A stretch of 32,000 bases of DNA, taken from assembly GCF_000025945.1 (NCBI RefSeq), contig NC_006138.1, positions 1,770,001 through 1,802,000 on the forward strand, written 5' to 3'. Below, in pieces: positions 16,578 through 22,791 of the stretch; positions within the stretch are counted from its first letter, which is position 1, and each line of letters begins with the position of its first letter. Under the pieces are notes generated by a model that saw only the letters and a program-made list of their open reading frames with translations, ran no database searches and was not told the origin of the DNA. Origin of the DNA: Desulfotalea psychrophila LSv54. Its GTDB lineage: Bacteria > Desulfobacterota > Desulfobulbia > Desulfobulbales > Desulfocapsaceae. The position numbers and the translations under genes were made by a program.

Positions 16578-16606
16578 CTTATACATACCTTACATATCTT
16601 TGTCAG
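16578..16606 (-). promoter_or_regulatory. Putative sigma70-type promoter for the membrane-protein/ImmA cassette
   Basis: On the minus strand: -35 CTGACA (16606-16601), a 17-nt spacer, then -10 TATAAG (16583-16578), about 40 nt upstream of the ATG at 16536. Confidence 0.45.
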
Positions 16607-16611
16607 CTTTT

Positions 16612-17685
16612 TTATTCTCCTAAGTGATTAATCTTACTAATAGTCTCTTGTCTTCTGCTATCGAGCAGATGGGTGTACCTCATGGTCATGGCCAGGGTGC
16701 TGTGGCCGAGTATATCTGCCACCTCCCTGATATCCACCCCTGCCATGAGCAGGTGGCTTGCGGCCGTATGGCGCAGATCGTGGGGCCGAAAGTGAGGGAT
16801 TTTGTGCCCTGATGCTTCCATCTTTTTTCGTAAACTTCGCCAACAGGAGGAGAATGCCTTGGCCGGGGCGAGTCTGATATCTTTTTGGTTGAGATGGTTT
16901 TCTTTTAAAAAATAATAGCCTGTTGCTTCTGGGCTAACCGTCTGCAGAACCTCTGCAGCCTTTGTGGTCAGGGGCACTGATCTGGGAATACCGCTTTTGG
17001 TTTCGTGTATCCTGAGCGAGAGAGTCTCAAAATTAATATCCTCAGGGCGAAGTCTGGCCACCTCCGATGATCTCATTCCGGTATGCATAAGAAGCAGGAC
17101 AAAGGGGTAAAATTTTGGATTACGGATGTTCTTTGACTCGTCCAAAACGATCTTGGCTTCTGCTGTGGTGAGAAAGCGAGTGTTTCCCTTGTCCGGTGGC
17201 ACCCTGGTGATATCATTCACCGGGTTTTTAATATTAAGGCCCCATATTTTTCGGGCGTTATTGTACATCTTGGAGAGGATGGCGAGCTCGGTACGGATGG
17301 CAGAGTTTGAGTATCCCTCTTTTTGCCGTGTTAGCTGGTATTGAGCTACCAGGGCAGGTCGGATATCCGCAAGGCTGCGGTCAGCGCCCAGTAATCGGGT
17401 GAGATGCCTTGTTGCTCTGCTTTCCAGATCCAGGGTAGATTCTTTCTTGCCTGCAGCTGTGGAGTCTTCGGCATATTTGTCCAGGGCCTCCTGGAGAGAT
17501 ATCTGTTCGGCCAGGCGCGGATCTCCTGCGTCCTTTGCCCGGAGCAGTGCCTCATATTCGACGGCCCATGCCTGGGCCCTACACTTGGTGGGGAAACTCT
17601 TTCTGCGGGGCGTATGCCCTTTTATGCGAATGTGAGCTTCCCATACTATGCCGCTCTTGTTTTCCCTTTTCTTGAACGTTGCCAT
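16612..17685 (-). CDS. int: Tyrosine recombinase / phage integrase
   Basis: 357 aa. The C-terminal catalytic signature is HDLRHTAASHLLMAGVDIREVADILGHSTLAMTMRYTH (R...HxxR...Y), with an upstream MHTGMRSSEV (Arg I region). It is adjacent to a tRNA gene. Confidence 0.9.
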   Translation of the reverse strand: MATFKKRENKSGIVWEAHIRIKGHTPRRKSFPTKCRAQAWAVEYEALLRAKDAGDPRLAEQISLQEALDKYAEDSTAAGKKESTLDLESRATRHLTRLLGADRSLADIRPALVAQYQLTRQKEGYSNSAIRTELAILSKMYNNARKIWGLNIKNPVNDITRVPPDKGNTRFLTTAEAKIVLDESKNIRNPKFYPFVLLLMHTGMRSSEVARLRPEDINFETLSLRIHETKSGIPRSVPLTTKAAEVLQTVSPEATGYYFLKENHLNQKDIRLAPAKAFSSCWRSLRKKMEASGHKIPHFRPHDLRHTAASHLLMAGVDIREVADILGHSTLAMTMRYTHLLDSRRQETISKINHLGE

Positions 17686-17702
17686 CTCATCTCACTTTTT
17701 CC

Positions 17703-17724
17703 TTTGCGCTCATTTTTGCGCTCA
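17703..17724. repeat. Two tandem direct repeats TTTGCGCTCA (12-nt period) just upstream of the integrase start
   Basis: Exact 10-mers at 17703-17712 and 17715-17724, lying 18-39 nt upstream of the int ATG (17685) on the minus strand, where they read TGAGCGCAAA. Confidence 0.5.
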
Positions 17725-17820
17725 CTTGTTTGGAAAAACATGCATATCTTTTGACTAAATATGTATAAGGGAGAATATAACTGCATTGGGTAGGAAAAGA
17801 TAGTTTGAGGAAAAAAAGGC

Positions 17821-17856
17821 ACAAAAAAACCCGCAAGCCCTTACGGGTTGCGGGTT
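17821..17856 (-). terminator. Rho-independent terminator downstream of tRNA-Leu(UAA)
   Basis: Stem AACCCGCAAGCCC / GGGTTGCGGGTT (one bulge) with loop TTAC at 17828-17856. On the minus strand it is followed by UUUUUUUGUGCCUUUUUUU, the complement of the A-runs at 17811-17829. Confidence 0.65.
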
Positions 17857-17858
17857 CC

Positions 17859-17884
17859 TGAAGAACGTTGTTGTGTGTTCTTCA
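17859..17884 (-). other. Second hairpin between the tRNA 3' end and the terminator
   Basis: TGAAGAAC-gttgttgtgt-GTTCTTCA, an 8-bp stem, located 10 nt from the tRNA CCA end. Confidence 0.35.
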
Positions 17885-17893
17885 TCCACTATA

Positions 17894-17980
17894 TGGTGCC
17901 TAGAGCGAGAATCGAACTCGCACGGGCCGAAGCCCACGAGATTTTAAGTCTCGGGTGTCTACCAGTTCCACCATCCAGGC
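17894..17980 (-). tRNA. tRNA-Leu (anticodon UAA), 87 nt, CCA encoded
   Basis: Folded by hand. Acceptor stem is GCCTGGA/TCTAGGC with one G-U pair. Anticodon stem is CGAGA/TCTCG with loop CTTAAAA. It has a long variable arm (TGGGCTTCGGCCCGT) and T-arm GCGAG-TTCGATT-CTCGC. Confidence 0.9.
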
Positions 17981-18137
17981 ATAGTAGCTTTATTTGGGCA
18001 ACCAACACGGCGTGTTGGCTACGAGGGGAGTTAATAACAAATCAGAAAGAAAAAGTCGAGCCTTTTATCTGATTTATTTGCTGATTATTTTAGTTCCTAA
18101 CTCCCGCTCGATTTTAAGTGCAGGTGCCCCTGTTTCT

Positions 18138-19319
18138 TTAGCCTGCCATCTGCACGATTTTTAGCATATCACGTACTGCCAGATCAAGTCCAGAGAAGAC
18201 GGCCCGGCCGATGATGGAGTGGCCGATGGAGAGTTCTTCAACGGCGTCGATGGCGGCAATGCGGGCGGCGTTGTGGTAGCCCAGGCCGTGCCCTGCATTT
18301 ACCCGCAGGCCGCGTTGGGCGGCTTCTTGGGCGGCTACTACCAGAAGTTGGTACTCCTTCTCCTGAGCGGCTTCGCCTATGGCGTCGCTATATTTGCCCG
18401 TGTGTAGCTCGACAAACTGGGCCCCGATTTCGTAGGCGGCTTCAATCTGCTCTTCGACGGGGTCGATGAACAGGGATACCGGGATGTTCTTGGCAGTCAT
18501 GCGCTCGATGGTGCGGGCCAGTTTTTTCTTCTGGCCGGCTACATCAAGACCGCCTTCGGTGGTCAGCTCCTGGCGTTTTTCAGGGACCAGGGTGATCATG
18601 TCAGGTCGGGTGTTCAGGGCAATTTTGATAATCTCCTTGTTGGCTCCCATCTCAAAGTTCATTTTGGTTTTGATGGTCTGGCGGAGGAGGATGATATCTC
18701 TGTCCTGCATATGTCGACGATCTTCACGCAGGTGGACAACAATGCCTGCCGCGCCGGCCATCTCGCAGATGGCAGCTGCGGCAACCGGATCCGGTTCGGT
18801 GATGCCGCGGGCCTGGCGGATGGTTGCCACGTGATCGATATTAATAGCTAATTGGGTCATCTTGAATCTCCTGTTAATTGCATATTCTTTCAATAGTACC
18901 TGTTCTTTATCTTCCATGAGCAGGGCGTCTTCCGGACCACGTTCGTGGTCATACCCTACAAGATGAAGTATGCCGTGTACCATGAGCCAGTTAAGGCGAT
19001 GGCTTATTGTCTGTCCGTACTCTATGGCCTCCCGCATGGCAGTGTCAACCGAGATGATAATATCGCCAAGCTCGTGCACCGGTATCTGCTGGAGGAACTC
19101 TTCGCTTCCCTCGGCAAAGGGAAAGGAGAGGACGTTGGTGGGGCCCTTTTTCTCGCGGTAATGTTCGTTGAACCAGGTCATCTGGGCATCGGAGACAAAG
19201 ACAATATTTAGATTGTGATCATTTACCCCAAGTTTTGTCAGCACCCAATGGGCAAAATGCTTTGCCTCTTTTTGGGGGATGGGAAGGCTAATCTCTTTGC
19301 ACTGTAGTTCTACTGCCAT
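18138..19319 (-). CDS. ybeY-pdxJ: In-frame fusion ORF: YbeY endoribonuclease domain (N-terminal, about 150 aa) plus pyridoxine 5'-phosphate synthase PdxJ (C-terminal, 240 aa)
   Basis: YbeY motif HGILHLVGYDH. The PdxJ region (LAINIDHVATIRQARG...VHLREDRRH...LVPEKRQELTTEGGLDV...NAGHGL...ELSIGHSIIGRAV) is close to E. coli PdxJ as I recall it. No stop codon separates the two parts. An internal AGGAG plus ATG sits at 18860. The ATG at 19319 is 1 nt after the ybeZ stop. Confidence 0.85.
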   Translation of the reverse strand: MAVELQCKEISLPIPQKEAKHFAHWVLTKLGVNDHNLNIVFVSDAQMTWFNEHYREKKGPTNVLSFPFAEGSEEFLQQIPVHELGDIIISVDTAMREAIEYGQTISHRLNWLMVHGILHLVGYDHERGPEDALLMEDKEQVLLKEYAINRRFKMTQLAINIDHVATIRQARGITEPDPVAAAAICEMAGAAGIVVHLREDRRHMQDRDIILLRQTIKTKMNFEMGANKEIIKIALNTRPDMITLVPEKRQELTTEGGLDVAGQKKKLARTIERMTAKNIPVSLFIDPVEEQIEAAYEIGAQFVELHTGKYSDAIGEAAQEKEYQLLVVAAQEAAQRGLRVNAGHGLGYHNAARIAAIDAVEELSIGHSIIGRAVFSGLDLAVRDMLKIVQMAG

Positions 19320-19320
19320 G

Positions 19321-20283
19321 TTATTCCTCTTTCTGCTCTTGTTCGTAGGCGTGGATGATTTTTTGCACCAGGGGGTGGCGGACGACATCGGCCTTATCAA
19401 AGTGACAAAAACCGATATCCTTGATCTGGGCCAGGAGCTTCTCTGCCTGGAGCAGACCTGAATGTTCCTTGTTGGGCAGATCCACCTGGGTTACGTCGCC
19501 TGTGATTATGGCCTGTGAATCAAAACCAATTCTGGTGAGGAACATCTTCATCTGTTCTCGGGTGGTGTTTTGGGCCTCATCAAGAATGACAAAGGCGTTG
19601 CTCAGGGTGCGGCCACGCATAAAGGCCAGGGGGGCAACTTCAATAACACCCCGTTCAATGAGGTCGGCTGTCTTTTCCAGGCCAAGCATATCCTGGAGGG
19701 CATCGTAGATCGGGCGCAGATAGGGATCAACCTTATTAGCCAGGTCTCCCGGCAGAAAGCCCAGCTTTTCCCCGGCCTCAACAGCAGGACGGGTGAGAAT
19801 GATAGAGCGCACCAGGCCACTGGCAAGGGCCGAGACAGCCATGGCCACGGCCAGATATGTTTTGCCTGTTCCCGCCGGGCCGATGCCGAAGACAATATCC
19901 TTATTGCGAATTTCGTCGATATAAAACTTTTGATTGGTAGTTTTGGGAGAGATTATCCGGTTTTCCGTGGTGACGTAGACCTTGTCGAGAAATATCTTGG
20001 CAAGATCTGCCTGGGGGCTAGACTCAAGTATTTGAATGCCGAAGGCAACGTCGGAGCTGTAGATCTGATGGCCCCTGCCTATGAGAGCATAGAGCTGGCG
20101 CAGGAGGTTGCCTGCCAGTTCTACACTGTGCGGCATGCCCTCAATGTTCAGCTGGGTACCCCGGGTTTTGATTGTCACCGAACAACTATGCTCTATGGTG
20201 CGGATATTACAGTTGTGCTCACCGTAGAGCAGGTTTGTCTGCTGGTTATCCTTAAAGGATATCTCTTCCTGAATGGCTTTCAT
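19321..20283 (-). CDS. ybeZ: PhoH-like ATPase (YbeZ/PhoL family)
   Basis: Walker A motif GPAGTGKTYLAVA. It shows the conserved synteny of lying directly upstream of ybeY. The ATG at 20283 gives 320 aa and is preferred over the TTG at 20322. Confidence 0.85.
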   Translation of the reverse strand: MKAIQEEISFKDNQQTNLLYGEHNCNIRTIEHSCSVTIKTRGTQLNIEGMPHSVELAGNLLRQLYALIGRGHQIYSSDVAFGIQILESSPQADLAKIFLDKVYVTTENRIISPKTTNQKFYIDEIRNKDIVFGIGPAGTGKTYLAVAMAVSALASGLVRSIILTRPAVEAGEKLGFLPGDLANKVDPYLRPIYDALQDMLGLEKTADLIERGVIEVAPLAFMRGRTLSNAFVILDEAQNTTREQMKMFLTRIGFDSQAIITGDVTQVDLPNKEHSGLLQAEKLLAQIKDIGFCHFDKADVVRHPLVQKIIHAYEQEQKEE

Positions 20284-20287
20284 AATA

Positions 20288-21169
20288 TTAGAGGAGCCCT
20301 GCCTTGCGGAGTTCAGCGTCAATCATTGTCTGAAATGTTCGCTGCTCACGCTGTTTGAGTTTATGACCATTGATAAAGACGGTTGGGGTGCCGGTAACAC
20401 CTGCAGATTTTGCGTCAATAATATCCTGGCGGACTTGAGCCCTGACGGCGTTGGAGTCCATATCCTTTTTAAAGAGGGGGATATCAAGCTCCAGCTCTTT
20501 GGCTGTTTTGATGAGATCTGATCTCTTAAGGTTTTTTATGGCAAATATTTTGTCATGATATGGCCAGAATTTTCCCTGGGCTTCAGCTGCCAGTCCTGCT
20601 CTTGCTGCTGGCTCTGCGGCCTTATGGAAGTTGAGAGGCATGTTTTTGAAGACAATTTTCACATTCTTGGAATTTGCCTCATATATTTGATCTATCAGTG
20701 GGACAAGCTTGCTGCAGTAGGGGCATTCAAAATCGGTGAACACGGCAATGGTTACCGGCGCATCTGCCTTACCCTTGAAGGGAGAGCCCTTGGTGTTGAA
20801 TTCAACAACAAAATCTGTGCGGACAGCGCTGAATACATTGTTTGTGCTATCAAGCAGATAGATGATCTCTCCCTGTGGAGCAATGTCTATCGAGCTGACG
20901 CCGGGGGCAACGGGGATAAAACCCTGCAGTTTTCCCTCACGGCTATATACCATTACCTTGTGCTCTTTTGTCAGGAAGTAGACGTATTTATCGTCGAGTG
21001 AGTGGGCAAAATCAAGCACTCCGGCCGGTGCCTTCCAGTTTTGGGCAAGGGTCCACTCCACCTTTCCCTCCTGGCCCTGGCTTGTTTTTTCGCCAGCCTG
21101 TATAAAGGTGCTTGCCATAAGGAGGCTGATGGCACCTGCCGCGAGTATTGTAAGTTTTGAGAATTTCAT
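20288..21169 (-). CDS. Secreted DsbA-family thiol:disulfide oxidoreductase with an extra N-terminal domain
   Basis: Signal peptide MKFSKLTILAAGAISLLMASTFIQAGE and a thioredoxin-fold CPYC active site (FTDFECPYCSKL). About 130 aa of additional sequence lie between the two. Confidence 0.75.
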   Translation of the reverse strand: MKFSKLTILAAGAISLLMASTFIQAGEKTSQGQEGKVEWTLAQNWKAPAGVLDFAHSLDDKYVYFLTKEHKVMVYSREGKLQGFIPVAPGVSSIDIAPQGEIIYLLDSTNNVFSAVRTDFVVEFNTKGSPFKGKADAPVTIAVFTDFECPYCSKLVPLIDQIYEANSKNVKIVFKNMPLNFHKAAEPAARAGLAAEAQGKFWPYHDKIFAIKNLKRSDLIKTAKELELDIPLFKKDMDSNAVRAQVRQDIIDAKSAGVTGTPTVFINGHKLKQREQRTFQTMIDAELRKAGLL

Positions 21170-21321
21170 GAAACCCTTAAAGTAGTATTGATGGTGTATA
21201 ATGATTAATAAATTTTGCCCTGTTTGCTGTGCCTAAGATAGTCACTGCCAGGGCATTTTGCAAGAAAACAGCGAGTTGCTTCTGTGGAAAGATAAAAGCG
21301 AAGAATATTGGAAGAAAGCTG

Positions 21322-21350
21322 TTGACATTGTTTTTAAAAACATCTATAGT
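21322..21350 (+). promoter_or_regulatory. Near-consensus sigma70 promoter of tRNA-Leu(UAG)
   Basis: -35 TTGACA (21322-21327), a 17-nt spacer, then -10 TATAGT (21345-21350), about 50 nt upstream of the tRNA. Confidence 0.7.
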
Positions 21351-21401
21351 CTCGCTCGTTGCTGAGGCGCTAGTCGTCCTGGCAAGCTGAAAACATGTTG
21401 T

Positions 21402-21486
<85 letters not shown>

Positions 21487-21500
21487 CAATTTTGGATTGA

Positions 21501-21538
21501 AAAAAAGGGCTTTGACATTTTGTCAAAGCCCTTTTTTT
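21501..21538 (+). terminator. Rho-independent terminator after tRNA-Leu(UAG)
   Basis: A 12-bp perfect stem AGGGCTTTGACA / TGTCAAAGCCCT (21506-21532), flanked by an A-run upstream and TTTTTT downstream, so it has bidirectional potential. Confidence 0.85.
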
Positions 21539-21834
21539 GTTTGTATGGTGGCGCCCAGTTGCCTGTACAGTTGTTTTCCTCCTGTCTTTTTCCCTGAATA
21601 AAATACTTAATAGGGCGACCGATCTGCCCACGCCTCCGTGATCTTCCTGCTGAGAATGAATCTGCTACTCAGCGTGGCTCTGGTGGAGTGCAAGGCTTGT
21701 GTGTGAGACTGAAATAAGTTATCTTACATGTTATCAGAGTGTTCCGTTTATTTGTTCGCTCTCTAGGGGCCGGTAGGTTCAGCTTATCTGGAACCTTTTT
21801 CTGCGCATTATATAAAAAATTGAATAGATAATAG

Positions 21835-22791
21835 GTGATTATGTCCAGTATTATCCCTCGTTTTTATTTCGACCCTGAAGATTATCGACTTCTGAGAATT
21901 GTAAGCGAAGTTTTGGGGCAGGAGCGTGGTACCATTAAAGAGGCTCGCACCTTATTGCGTCCCTCTCTGCATCCCCATGGTATAAAAACCCTCGCCTCGA
22001 GTAGTAATCTGCGCATTGCCTTTGCCGTGATCAATCTCCTTAATCTGTTGGAGACAGGGCAGGCTAAAGAACGTTTGCAGGTACTCCGCTCTCTCCACGA
22101 TGAGGTGCTCTCCTCCTCCGGCTCTATGCGTCGTAATACCGCCCGGGTTCTGATCCAGATTATGAAGACCTTGGTTCGTTCTCAGGGTAGTGAGCTGGAA
22201 CAGCTTAAGCTTGCCCATGATTTCCGGGTGGCTGCCTCTGGTAAACCCCGTAATATTCTTAAACAGTTGCGTAAGTATCATCTCATTGAAATGCCTGAGG
22301 AGTGGAATCAGCTCAGCTTTGATGATCGTGTTCACGATGCCAATACTAAGGGGCGTAAATCGCCAACCCATCTAATTATGGATGCCTGGATAAAGGGTAT
22401 TCGCCGCCTCACCGTTGTTTACTATCATTATGTTGATGCCGGGGTGGTGGAAGAGCTTCTCTCCGCTGCTGCTATTATGGACATTGAGGTACATATAGGG
22501 GTGGAGGTAACAGCTCTTCGTCGCGGGCGATTTGTGCAGATTATTTGGGAGCCGAAGGGCTTTGAGCAGTGTGAGGAGTATCTGAAATTTCTCTCCCAAG
22601 CTCCGGTACAGGAGTTTATGGCGGAGGGGCGTAAGGTGGCCCTGCATCATAATAAGTACGTCTACAGTTTGTTGGAGCTTTTTAATAAAAAGCATCGCTT
22701 CACCCTGCGGGATAAATTTGATCTTGATGTGCCATGTCTGGATCAGGTTAAATTTATTGATTTTATTGGGGCGGGGTCAGCCCTCTACTGA
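21835..22791 (+). CDS. Uncharacterised protein, possibly the N-terminal part of a larger frameshifted gene
   Basis: 318-aa ORF (GTG 21835 or ATG 21841) with no motif I can name. Its end overlaps the next ORF by 74 nt in the +1 frame, next to G-runs. Confidence 0.55.
   Translation: MIMSSIIPRFYFDPEDYRLLRIVSEVLGQERGTIKEARTLLRPSLHPHGIKTLASSSNLRIAFAVINLLNLLETGQAKERLQVLRSLHDEVLSSSGSMRRNTARVLIQIMKTLVRSQGSELEQLKLAHDFRVAASGKPRNILKQLRKYHLIEMPEEWNQLSFDDRVHDANTKGRKSPTHLIMDAWIKGIRRLTVVYYHYVDAGVVEELLSAAAIMDIEVHIGVEVTALRRGRFVQIIWEPKGFEQCEEYLKFLSQAPVQEFMAEGRKVALHHNKYVYSLLELFNKKHRFTLRDKFDLDVPCLDQVKFIDFIGAGSALY

Larger units (their letters stand above)
1..17893. mobile_element. Prophage (siphovirus-type), right-hand portion: capsid, tail and lysis modules, accessory moron, integrase. 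The left end is outside the window; the right end is at or just inside tRNA-Leu(UAA).
   Basis: Uninterrupted + strand operon with ATGA/TAATG-coupled gene junctions (620-624, 924-927, 1523-1526, 5803-5806, 9802-9806, 11096-11100). Recognisable capsid, tape measure, SLT endolysin and spanins. The tyrosine integrase start is 209 nt from the 3' end of a tRNA gene. The exact att boundary cannot be placed because the second att copy is not in the window. Confidence 0.85.

Noticed and set aside
19570-20358. A 262-aa + strand ORF overlapping ybeZ, and a 174-aa + strand ORF at 26804-27328 overlapping folE2
   Set aside because: Both are antisense to genes with clear family motifs (Walker A PhoH-like; the FolE2 signature). 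Neither shows a recognisable motif of its own.
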